Source: Chrysochromulina tobinii
Taxonomy: Eukaryota
DNA: 58,520 nucleotides
Direction: 5' to 3'
Assembly: GCA_001275005.1 (NCBI GenBank)
Contig: JWZX01003100.1
Coordinates: 1 to 58,520 of the forward strand
Part shown: one piece after another, positions 30,931 through 41,341 of the stretch
Numbering within the stretch: position 1 is the stretch's first letter
Layout: the number at the start of each line of letters is the position of its first letter
Program-made: the position numbers and the translations under genes
Notes under the pieces: model-generated
Told to the model about the DNA's origin: nothing
Database searches by the model: none
The model's input: the letters and a program-made list of their open reading frames with translations, nothing else

Positions 30931-33905
30931 ATGTCAACTGGGCAGCTGGCAACGAATGAGGGAACGTGGACGTACCTGCTGCAGGTTGCGGCGGGCTGCT
31001 TCGCGAACGCTGCCTCAGCGCAGGATGCGGCGGCAGGAATGCTACGTGAGCTGGGAATCGGAACGCGGACGCACCTCCTTTTCCAGGTCGCGACGGGCTG
31101 CCTCACGTCCTCGGTGGTAGGGCTCCTCTTCTTCGGGCACGCTCTCGCCGATGTGCCACTCGAGCGCATGGGCACCAACACGGGCGCCGGCTACAACACC
31201 CGCGTCCTCGGATACGACGGAGCGCGCGGCGAGTTCTCCATGTTTGCAACGCTGTGCATCTTTGGACCGTGGCTGCTGGTCGTGCCCTGCCTGTCTGAAC
31301 AAGGCGCCCTCGCCGTGCTGTCCACTCTTGCGCTTCTCGGCCTCTGGTACAGGTTCCGAATACATGCTAGCCATCCGGGCGGCCCGCGTGCCCATCGCAT
31401 CCTGCGTGAGCCGCAGTGGGCCAACAAGACGTCGCATCTCGATGCCGGCTGGCGGTGCGAGGTGGCGGAGGCGTCGCACATGCACACGCACACGTCGCTG
31501 CCCATCGGGCAGACCCTCACAGGCGAGGCCGCCGGCCGTCAGATTTGGCACAAGGTGCAGCTCAACCCGCTGCAGCGCGGGCTCTCGTTTGGGGCCGAGC
31601 ATAAGGAGAAGTGCGGCTTCAACCCGAGCGTCAACCCAAACCCGGAGGACGAGATCTGGCGCGCACAGCGCGTGCAGGCCTGGACGGCACGCGGGAACAA
31701 GGTGCCCGACGCGCGCTGGGTGCCCAAGACGACGCTCGATGCGCTGCGCAAGGCGCTGTCGTGGTACGAGGTGCTGCAGAGTGACGACGGGCACTGGGCG
31801 GGAGACTACGGCGGACCGCACTTCCTGATGCCCGGGCTGATCGTGGTCTGGTACGTGACAGGCCGGCTAGACACCTTTCTCGACGGCAATCAGCGTGCAG
31901 CCATGGCCCACTACCTTCGCGTGCACCAGCAGCTTGACGGCGGCTGGGGGATGCACATCGAATCGCCCTCGACGATGTTCGGCTCGGTCATGTGCTACGT
32001 GGCGCTCCGGCTGCTGGGTACGCTGGCTGAGGACCCGGCGATGCAGCGCGGATGCGAGTTCATTCGCTCGTACGGCGGCGCGCTGTACACCGGCTCGTGG
32101 GCCAAGTTCTACTTGTGCCTTCTCGGAGTGATGGATTGGAAGGGGCACAACGTCATCCCTCCGGAGATGTGGCTGCTCCCACGCTGGATGCCTTTCCATC
32201 CTGGGCGGCTCTGGTGCCACTGCCGCATGGTCTACCTGCCCATGTGCTACCTGTACGGCCACAAGTTCGTCTACGCCGACGCCGAGAGCGATCCGCTCAT
32301 TGCGGCGCTACGCGCAGAGCTCTACCCTGTGCCGTATGAGTCGATACGCTGGGAAGGCACCGCCGACCACGTGGCCGAGATCGACAACTACTCGCCGATG
32401 CACCCGGTGATGCACGTGGCCAACGCGGTGCTGCGCCTGTGGGAATCCTGGGGCGGGTCGCTGATGCGCGCGCTGCGTCGTCGTGGGCTCGCGTTCGCTC
32501 TCGACTACATGGCTGCAGAGGACAATCAGACGAACTACGTGTGCATCGGGCCCGTCAACAAGGTGTTCTGCCTCTTGACGGCCTCTTGATGGCCTCTTGA
32601 TGGCCTCTTGATGGCCTCTTGATGGCCTCTTGATGGCCTCTTGATTGTCAGAGCTCACCACGATGCCCCACGCTCCCCGTCAACAAGGTGCTCAACATGC
32701 TCTCCGCGTACCACGCGGCGGGGCAGCGTACGGACACGCCTTCGTTCACGAAGCACCTGCTGCGCGTGCCCGACTACCTGTGGATCTCGGAAGACGGGAT
32801 GAAGATGCAGGGGTACAACGGGTCACAGGGCTGGGATGCCTCGTTTGCGATGCAAGCGCTCGCCGAAGCAGATCTCGTCGATGAGTTCGCGTCGATGTGC
32901 AAGAAGGCGTACTCGTATCTCGAGCGCACCCAGATCCTCTGCTCGGCCGACTCGCGTGCCTCGCCTGCCCTCGCCTACGAAACGGCCGAGCAGCGCCAAA
33001 AGTATTTCAGGCACGTAAGCGAGGGCGGGTGGCCCTTTTCAACGGCCGCCCACGGATGGCCAATCTCGGACTGCACCGCCGAAGGCCTGAAGGCCGTCCT
33101 TCTGCTCCGCGGCCATGCATGCATCCAAGCACACTGTGCTCCCATATCGGACGTGCGCCTGTACAAGGCCCTGGAGGTGCTGCTCACGCTGCAAAACGTC
33201 GACGGTGGCTGGGCCACGTACGAAAACAACCGCGGCTACAGCTGGTTCGAGTGGCTCAACCCCTCAGAGGTCTTCGGCGACATCATGATCGACTACTCAT
33301 ACGTCGAATGCTCGATGGCGTCGCTCTCCGCCGTGTACATGTTCCATCAGCAGTTCCCTAATCACCGCACTGCTGAGGTGAAGGCCGCCATCCGGGCAGG
33401 ACGCAGGTTCATCAAGTCCATTCAACGCAAGGACGGCTCGTGGTATGGCTCGTGGGGATGCTGCTTCACGTACGGCACCTGGTTTGGGGTCGAGGGGCTC
33501 GTCCTCTCCGGCGAATCTCCCGACTCGAGCTCGCTTGCCAAGGCCTGCAAATTTCTGCTGAGCAAGCAGAATGCCAATGGTGGCTGGGGCGAGGACTTCA
33601 CCTCTTGTTACGACAAGGCGTATGCGGCCAAGGGCGCCGAGCGCTACGGCAAGGGCGGCTCGGGAGTGGTCAACACGGCGTGGGCGCTGCTGGCACTCAT
33701 GGCGGCGGGTACGAAGGACACGGCGGCGGTGCGCCGTGGTATTGAGTATCTGATGGCTGAGCAGCGCGAGAATGGCGACTGGAAGCAAGAGGGCATCACT
33801 GGCGTCTTCAACCGCGCGTGCGGCATCTCGTACACGCAATACCGCAATATCTTCCCCATGTGGGCCCTCGCAAGGTATGCGCGCAGCTACGAGGGCAAGG
33901 CGTGA
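30931..33905 (+). CDS. CAS1: Cycloartenol synthase (oxidosqualene cyclase); exons 30931-32562 and 32688-33905
   Basis: DGHWAGDYGGPHFLMPG, DGGWGMHIE, LWCHCRMVYLPM, GPVNK|VLNM, MQGYNGSQ, HGWPISDCTAE, QRKDGSWYGSWG and QW repeats. The Tyr/His/Ile at the product-specificity positions are the cycloartenol-type residues. Confidence 0.95.
32563..32687 (+). other. 125-nt GT-AG intron bounded by a 15-bp direct repeat, containing an 11-bp microsatellite x7
   Basis: CCCGTCAACAAG|GTG at 32551-32565 and 32676-32690. (GCCTCTTGATG)7-like array at 32570-32646. Confidence 0.9.
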
Positions 33906-34540
33906 TGGCCGAGGACCGGCGGCGCGAGGGCCGCAGCCGGTGCCAGATGAACCAAGATCAATGCAACAAGGGAGCGAGAGGGTATGGGGGCGCGAGCAAA
34001 CGAGCCGCGCCGGGAGGAGCGCGCGGGGCGAGAGGCCTACGAGGCGCGAGGCGGCCGTTGCATCGGTGGCCGCGCGCATACGGTGTTCAGACAGCATCCC
34101 CCCATTCGAGGTCTGAGCTCTCTCCAGGCTCTCTCTTGCGCGTAGAGACTGCGATACCGTGGTTGTGCAGCATGAAAGCATGAAGGTGACCCGTAGCGTA
34201 GTGTGGTGGCGAGGGGTCGCATCGGCGCCGGACGGAGAGCTTCGGTTACGGAGAGAAAAGAGGCCACGAGTCGCGGTCGAGTTTTTCTGCGATAAGGGTC
34301 AGTTGAATCGACACACAAGGTACCGACCAGCCACTACCACACGAAACACGAGTTTGCAAGCACCACGAGCCCATTCACACCACATGTCGGGCTCCGAGGG
34401 GCGTGCCTCGCCGCGTGCTTCTGCTTGGGTGCACACGCGGAGCTTGGCGGTATCCTTTGGCATCTACCAGCGCATCGGTGGCGAGCGCTCGGCGAGTTCC
34501 GGGCCCAACTCGGGTTTCCCACGATTGCATTCCTCGGCGC

Positions 34541-35293
34541 ATGCTTCTTCCTTCACATGAGCCGGAAGGCGTGGATGGCGATGGCTGTGCACGCTCGGAT
34601 CCTGCAGTAATGAACGCCGCGGCGGCATCGCTCGGCACGTCAAGCGCCTCCGATGCGTCACTGCAGGACGTGCTCACGCTCATCCTGACCACCAGCCCCT
34701 CGCCCATCTGCCCGAGCACGGAGATGATCGAGACTGTACTGGATTCCATGGCAAAGCACGCGCCTGGCGTTTCCGACTGTAGGCTGATCATCGTGTGCGA
34801 CGGCGCTAAGGTGGGCGGCAAGGAGGTCTTCCGTAGCGGCCGTGTGACGGAAGCTTCGTGGGCATCCTACGCCGAGTACAAGCAGCGGCTGCACGCTCGC
34901 ATCCAGACGGGCGACGCGTTTGGCTTCCGGCGGGCCGAGGTGCTGGAGCTCACTGAGCACCATGGCTTTGGGTTCGCGGTGTATGCGGCGCTGCAGCTCG
35001 TCCGGACGCGGCTGCTCTGCGTGGTGCAGCACGACCGCGCACTGCTACGCCCGGTAAGACTCGCCGCCCTTTGCGAGGCGATGCTCAGCACGGCGCTACC
35101 CGATACGCTCGTCGGGTATGTGCTGCTGCCGACGCGCGCGACCGAGGGCTACCCGGAGGACATGCGTCGGCGATTGGGCGAGCGTGGCCTGCGCCCACCC
35201 GCGAGCAGTATCGAGCCACACGCGCTGCCGCTCCCTCCTGCGCGCGCTGCGCAGAGCGAACGCGGCGGCGATGGCGGCGGCGGTGGCGGCGGC

Positions 35294-35331
<38 letters not shown>

Positions 35332-35860
35332 CGGCGGTGGCGGCGGCGGTAGCGATGGAAGCAGTGGCAGGAGCGGCGGCGACCGTGCCCGTCTGCTGCC
35401 ATGCCTCACCTTTTACGACAGCACGCACCTCGCTCACACCTCCTTCTACACGAACTTCATCTTCCCGCGGGCTGACGTGGAGACCGAAGAGGTCTTCGCC
35501 AATCGGACGGCGCGCGCGTACCTCGAGAACCTACAGGCCGAACAGCGCGCCAAGGCGCTCGTGTTTGGTGCACCTGGTCGCCTGGTCACCAAGGGCGCCT
35601 TTCTCGAGGCGGAGCTCGCCCCCCGGCAGCTCGACGACGTTGTGCAGCTAGGCCTCCCCCACGCACTCGCCAAATGGCGCACCTGGCTCTATGACGACGG
35701 CATGGGCGCACCCCTAGTGGGCCATCTTAACGGCGCCGTCGCGCAGCCGTGGGACGTTGCGGAGCAGAAATTTGGCGGGTGCGCCAACGGAGCGGGCCAG
35801 AGGTGGCAACGCGAACGCGTCGCCACGCGCGCGGATAGCATGGCGGCAAGTAGTATGTAA
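34541..35860 (+). CDS. Hypothetical GT-A-fold (glycosyltransferase family 2-like) protein with poly-Gly insert; start may be 34610
   Basis: TLILTTSPSPICPS, LIIVCDG, HHGFGFAV..AL..V.T..LCVVQHD (DxD-like position). GGC/GGT run at about 35263-35350. Confidence 0.55.
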
Positions 35861-36436
35861 GCGCGCTACAAGTACGAAGTAGAAACGCCGCGCTTGGGGC
35901 GGGGACCGACACATACCGTACCTAAGACCCACGCTGCTGGTCGCATTTAATTGGTCGCATTCCAAGCTAAAGGCTCGGGTTTTCGAAGCTACAAGCTTCC
36001 GGGACGAGGGGGGGGATAGGCGGATGAATAATCATTGTACTAACGTACCGCCCCAGCGCGTGTCGAATTTAATTCGTCGAATAACCATTGCGAATAACGG
36101 TGTCGAAGCAACGCAAAATGCACTGGTGGCCGTCAGACTGCGCGAGATTTTTGACCTTGGTGGAGGGCTTCAACACTCAGGTAGTTACCCTATGGTGTTT
36201 CAACATAGTGTCAGTCAGAGCTCGCGCGTTATACAAGTAGACACCGGTCTTTTCATATTTATATGTATCGAAGCGCATTGGACCTGTATGACTTGGACTT
36301 AGAATTGAATGAGGAAGTTCCGAAGAATTGACTTGTCTGACTGGGCTCGATGCTGGGGAAAAGCCCTGAGGTGTGTTGAGCGCGGGTGGACCGCGACGAA
36401 ACTGGCTAACTCCGTTGGCTGCATTCCTTCGCTCAG

Positions 36437-39400
36437 GTGGTCTTCTACACATTGATGGCAGCGCTTGGCGCGCTGCACCATGCATGGCTGCCGCCTGAAA
36501 GCCCGGTGCGCTTCTGGGGCGATCGGAGCTTGGCAGCGCCGGAGCGCTCGACGCGCGTGAGGCCGGACGAGGTGCTTGCAGTGCTTGGCAAGCTGCAGCC
36601 CTTGAGCCGGCTGATCCATGCCCTCATGAACGAGCGCGGCGTCATGGCATGCACGATCGCTGGCGGAAACACGCCCTTCTTTGCTGAACGGCTAACTGTC
36701 GCAATTGCCGCGACCGACGAGGCGCTCGCCGGACTCGCGAACGTTCCCGCCAGCGTGCATGAGGCGCTGCTGAGCCTGCGCGAGATCTCCCTCCATGAGA
36801 TGCCGCTGCCGCCGCCCGCCACGGACACGCTACCCGAGCTGCCAGCTGACTCCATCACCACGGCCGTCGCCGCCGCCGTCACGGCCACCGCCGTCACCGC
36901 CGCCGCCGTCACCGCCGAGCAGCGCGCCGAGGTGTTCTACGCCTCCTTTGGAGCGTACGACGAGCTGCTGACCACTCTGCAACTCGAGCTATGCTCGGAG
37001 CTCGTGTGCGCGGCGACGGACGCATTTGCGTGCTTCACGCAGCTGAAAGACGCGGTGGGCGTAATGCACGCCTTTGTCGCCGTCGGTCTCCTCCTACCTG
37101 CCGCCTCCGACCACATGTCAAAGCGCTTCCGCGGCGCGCTCGTCGTCTCTTTCCACCGGCAACAGGACTGCACCTCGAGACTCCGAGCCTCGGCGCCACG
37201 TCGGCTGGTGAACCTGGTGAGCGCGGGCTTTGAGCTGCCGCCCATACTCCTCGCCGTGCGCGAGCAGCTTGAGGCCAACTTCTCGCTGGACGCCGTCCGC
37301 GCGCTCGTTGGCACATCGCAGCCGGTCGAGGTCTGGTGGGAGGTCGCGTCTTCCCACGTGGATCAGTTGTCGAATATGGAAGAGACGCTCCTCCTCGAGC
37401 TTGAGCGGACCGCGCGGAAGGCGCGCCACCGCAGCCACATCGAGCGCCGTCATGAGCGCGTCTACTCCGACGCCAGCAGCAGCATCACCGACGACATCGC
37501 CCGCCAGGCTGAGGCCGGGGACAGCCCCCAAGCGCTGAATGGCCTCTTCTCGCCGCCGCGGAACGACTCGCGTAGCAGCATCTTGTCCGACGACTCCATG
37601 GCCGACTCTACGTACTCGTACGATCACTTCTTCTCGCGCGAGGACAGCATCCGGAATCCGCACCTCGCGCGATTCTTAGCGGAGTCGTCGCACGAGGAGC
37701 TGCTGCTGGCCTCCGCCGCGCAGCCTCGCGTCCTCCACTCCTCGGCGAGTTTGCCTGCGAACTTTGGCAGCGGCCTGGCGCTGGGGGCAGCGGCAGCAGC
37801 AGCGGCAGCAGCAGCGGCAGCAGCAGCGGCAGCAGCAGCGGCAGCAGCAGAGGCAGAGCGGATGGCGCACAGGCGCATGGCGCTCTGGCAGAAGCAGCAC
37901 CAGGAGCACCAGGAGCAGGAGCAGCAGCAGCAGCAGCAGCAACCGGACGAGAAGGGAGTGGCGGCCGCCGCGGCGGCTGATCATCGCCTCGCGTGCGCGG
38001 CGGCGGCGGCGGCGCTCCGGGCGATGGGTGAGGACAACGACGACCAGGAGGTGGGGGAGGGCGGCGCAATGGACTACACGTCGGAGAGCCTCTGGCCCAC
38101 TCACAAGCGTCCCGTGTCCGATCGCTCCCAGTACTCCCATGGCTCCGATCCGTGTGCCGATCTCGCCGACGCTCAGTACCACGATACCTTGGCCGAGGAG
38201 GAGGAGGAGGAGGACGAGGGCGAGGACGAGGGCGAGGACGAGGACGAGGAGGGGCGGCCGTTCACACCCATCGTTCCGGTCGTGAACGGCCGCTCGAGTC
38301 CGCCGCCGCCAGCGCTGTCCTCTTCACCCTCCTCTGCCGGCGTGATGGCTCGCCCTTGGTCCAAGTCACCCAGTGAGCCATCACTGCTCTCGAGCGCGAC
38401 GCCGTCGCCCGCGATGCCGTCGCCCACGATGCCCTCGCCCACGATGCCCTCGCCCACGATGGCCGCGACGAGCTCACCACCCCTGAACGTCGATGGGAAG
38501 TCGATCCTGCGCGCGGCGGCGTCCATGCTCGTGCTCGGACCGGCCTCTGTGGAGGCGAACTCGGCGGCCGAGCTGCGTGCCAAGCTGTTGGAGCTCACGC
38601 CCGCAGAGCTCAAGGCGGCGCTCGTCGCGCTGCTCAACGAGCCAGCGCCCAATAGGATGCGTACCAGCACAGCGCTCATCGCGCCGGACATTGCGGCGCC
38701 ATTGCCCACGGTGTGGACATCCGAGGCCGCGCCCTTCTCCTCCGATCAGCCGTGGCGCCGCCAAGTGCGCGAGAAGCGCCGTGCGGATCGACTCTTAAGC
38801 GCAGTAGAGCGCAGTGGCGCGATTGCAATCGAGCATAGTCGACAGCCTGGACAGTGCAATGGCAACGGTCGTGCGTCGCCTCCGCATGAGCGCAGCGAGG
38901 GCTTTCAGGCAGCGCTGCGCTCTGAAACGCTGCGGCTGCCTGAAAGCCTCAGGGGACTCTCGGGACCAAAGAGCAGCGAGGTTCGGGCAGTTGCGCCGGG
39001 CAAGAGTGATGGCTCAATGAACGCCTCACCGACGACGGTTTCGCCGACGACGACGGTCTCGCCGCCGGCGGAGCGGAGGCAATATTTCGTCTCGCCGAGT
39101 CAGACGTCGCGCTTTCGCCCACCGAGCGACCTCGCTCAGGAGTCTTCCTCGTCGAGACACACGTCGCGCTCGCGCCCACCGAGCGACCTCGCGCTATCGA
39201 CCTCCCCACCCTTGCGGATCTCCCCACCCAACCTGCGCCCCCCGCGGAGACGCCGTCAATGCTCCGAAGACGACCTCTGGCCGCCGCCACCCGCCGCCGC
39301 CAGCCTACCTCGGACAAACTCTGCGATCCAATTCACGCAGATGGGTGCGCAGCTCACAAAATCTACCCGCTCATTTCACGAGGCGTCGGACGCCGACGTC

Positions 39401-40990
39401 ACTGCTGCTGCCGCTGCCGCTGCCGCTGCCGCTGCCGCTGCCGCTGCTGCGGCCGCTGCCGCTACCGCAGGAACGGACGGCGGCGCTACCGCAGGAACGG
39501 ACGGCGCCGCCCCCGCCGGCGCCGCCCCCGCCGGCGCCGCCCCCGCCGGCGCCTCCTCTGTGCCCTTCGTTCCATTCGTCCCTTTCGTCCCCTTCGGCAT
39601 CGTCACCAGCGCTTCATCCGACGTTGCCCGCCGGGTCGAGTCCTCGGCACCGTCGGCTGCACCGGCGCCGGCGCCGGCACCGGCACCGGTGCTCGGGCAT
39701 AGCTTGCCTGAGCAATCGGATTGGGTCATCGGGCTGCATGAGGTGTCGTTCCACGGCAAGATCGGCGCGGGCTCGGCGGGAACCACCTATGCAGCCACCT
39801 GGAACGGCGCGCGCGTGGCTGTCAAGGTCGCCGGCTGTAATCCCTCGTCGATGGAAAGCTGGCGCGCGGAGGTAGATGCTCTCACGAGGCTGCGCCATCC
39901 GAATGTGGTACAGTACCTAGGCTGCGTCATCTCGCCGCCCACCTACTGCCTCGTGCTCGACTATTGCGACGCGGGCGACCTCTATCGCGCCCTCCGGCTC
40001 CCAACGCCGCCCGGCTTCTTGCTGCGCGTCGCTCGCAACGTAGCGGCGGGGATGGCGTATCTGCATAGGCGCCAAGTGATGCATCGTGACCTGAAGAGCT
40101 CGAATGTGCTCCTCGACACGGCGGGAGGCGTCAAGCTGACCGATTTCGGCGTGGCTGTGCGCGTGAAGGATGGGCGAGACTCCGAAATGCACGGGTACGC
40201 CCACGGCGTGCAGGGCGCTGGCCTGCTCTGGGGCGACACGGATGAGTTTGAGCGCAGCTGCGACCCGCTCTCTGGCGAGATGGGGACCTATCGGTGGATG
40301 GCGCCCGAGGTGACGCGGCATGAGGGGTACACGAAGAGCGCGGACGTCTTCTCATACGCGATGCTTCTCTTCGAGCTCCTCACTCACGAGATCCCCTTCG
40401 CCGACCGACCGCCGCTGCAGGCGGCCGTCGCCATCGGGCTGCAAGACCTGCGCCCGCCGCTGCCCCCTGATGCACCGCGCGCCCTGACCGACCTGGTGTG
40501 CGCGTGCTGGAAACGCCGTCCGACGACCCGTCCCAAGTTTGACGGCGTGCTTACACAGCTAGCGGAGGCGAGCGCCTCACTTACCTTCGACGAGATCAAG
40601 TGGCTCGATGCCCCCCACGGGCATCCCGTCTACAAGCCCGTCCTTCAGGCATCAAATGGCTCGATGCCGGGCGCCGCGCCGAGCCCCCTTCTGCCCGCGC
40701 CGGGCTTGCACGACACCGCCGTCTCCGGTGTCGTCGGTGTGGTGAGCGCCGTGCCGGCGCAGGTAGACCTGCCGTACAGGGCGCCGTACCGGGCGCAGGA
40801 GACGGCGCCGACAGCCCCTGCTGCCGATGCCAATGCGTGCACATCCGCACTTCTCGGCACCCGTTCGCATTCCATGTTCCCGGCGCAGGAGACGGCGCCA
40901 GTGCATCATGAGACGATGATCATCGAGCCTAGCCTCAGCCGGCAGCGCAGCGGACCCGAGCTCAAGCTGAGCGTCGGTATACCGATGTGA
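36437..40990 (+). CDS. TKL-group (Raf/MLK-like) Ser/Thr kinase with N-terminal NIT-like sensor domain; 5' end may be spliced (CTCAG|GTG at 36436), first ATG 36455
   Basis: Kinase at about 39720-40570: IGAGSAG, VAVK, LRHPNVV, HRDLKSSN, DFG, GTYRWMAPE, DVFSY. N-terminal LIHALMNERG...QLKDAVGVMHA...WWEVASSHVDQL resembles the NIT consensus. Confidence 0.9.
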   Translation: MVFYTLMAALGALHHAWLPPESPVRFWGDRSLAAPERSTRVRPDEVLAVLGKLQPLSRLIHALMNERGVMACTIAGGNTPFFAERLTVAIAATDEALAGLANVPASVHEALLSLREISLHEMPLPPPATDTLPELPADSITTAVAAAVTATAVTAAAVTAEQRAEVFYASFGAYDELLTTLQLELCSELVCAATDAFACFTQLKDAVGVMHAFVAVGLLLPAASDHMSKRFRGALVVSFHRQQDCTSRLRASAPRRLVNLVSAGFELPPILLAVREQLEANFSLDAVRALVGTSQPVEVWWEVASSHVDQLSNMEETLLLELERTARKARHRSHIERRHERVYSDASSSITDDIARQAEAGDSPQALNGLFSPPRNDSRSSILSDDSMADSTYSYDHFFSREDSIRNPHLARFLAESSHEELLLASAAQPRVLHSSASLPANFGSGLALGAAAAAAAAAAAAAAAAAAAAAEAERMAHRRMALWQKQHQEHQEQEQQQQQQQPDEKGVAAAAAADHRLACAAAAAALRAMGEDNDDQEVGEGGAMDYTSESLWPTHKRPVSDRSQYSHGSDPCADLADAQYHDTLAEEEEEEDEGEDEGEDEDEEGRPFTPIVPVVNGRSSPPPPALSSSPSSAGVMARPWSKSPSEPSLLSSATPSPAMPSPTMPSPTMPSPTMAATSSPPLNVDGKSILRAAASMLVLGPASVEANSAAELRAKLLELTPAELKAALVALLNEPAPNRMRTSTALIAPDIAAPLPTVWTSEAAPFSSDQPWRRQVREKRRADRLLSAVERSGAIAIEHSRQPGQCNGNGRASPPHERSEGFQAALRSETLRLPESLRGLSGPKSSEVRAVAPGKSDGSMNASPTTVSPTTTVSPPAERRQYFVSPSQTSRFRPPSDLAQESSSSRHTSRSRPPSDLALSTSPPLRISPPNLRPPRRRRQCSEDDLWPPPPAAASLPRTNSAIQFTQMGAQLTKSTRSFHEASDADVTAAAAAAAAAAAAAAAAAAAATAGTDGGATAGTDGAAPAGAAPAGAAPAGASSVPFVPFVPFVPFGIVTSASSDVARRVESSAPSAAPAPAPAPAPVLGHSLPEQSDWVIGLHEVSFHGKIGAGSAGTTYAATWNGARVAVKVAGCNPSSMESWRAEVDALTRLRHPNVVQYLGCVISPPTYCLVLDYCDAGDLYRALRLPTPPGFLLRVARNVAAGMAYLHRRQVMHRDLKSSNVLLDTAGGVKLTDFGVAVRVKDGRDSEMHGYAHGVQGAGLLWGDTDEFERSCDPLSGEMGTYRWMAPEVTRHEGYTKSADVFSYAMLLFELLTHEIPFADRPPLQAAVAIGLQDLRPPLPPDAPRALTDLVCACWKRRPTTRPKFDGVLTQLAEASASLTFDEIKWLDAPHGHPVYKPVLQASNGSMPGAAPSPLLPAPGLHDTAVSGVVGVVSAVPAQVDLPYRAPYRAQETAPTAPAADANACTSALLGTRSHSMFPAQETAPVHHETMIIEPSLSRQRSGPELKLSVGIPM

Positions 40991-41341
40991 CTCAGCCAGG
41001 CGTGGCAAGACACACCATGTACAACGTTGGGCGCGAGACTACCGTGTCAACGCGTCGTTGTCGAGGAACACGGCTTGTCAACACGGCTTCCAAGCCCATG
41101 CATAGCCAGAGGACAGCTACAGGGTACAGAATCGCGTATCTACGATAGCAGTGAGAGAGGGTGTTCCTGTATCATTCGGCGGCGTCCGGTCCGATTCAAG
41201 GTGTGAAAAAAGCTCAGTTGAGGAGATTCTCGTCAAAGGGGTCATCAAAGATCGGCGGGCCGCCGCGCGCACGAGATTCCTTGGCACGTCGAGTTCACGT
41301 CCGCGACGGACGCTGACTGACGCCTTCGTCACGCCCGCAAT

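Noticed and set aside
35263..35350. GGC microsatellite, and similar GCA/GCC/GAG runs in the kinase and SNF2 genes
   Set aside because: Ordinary in-frame homopolymeric amino-acid tracts.
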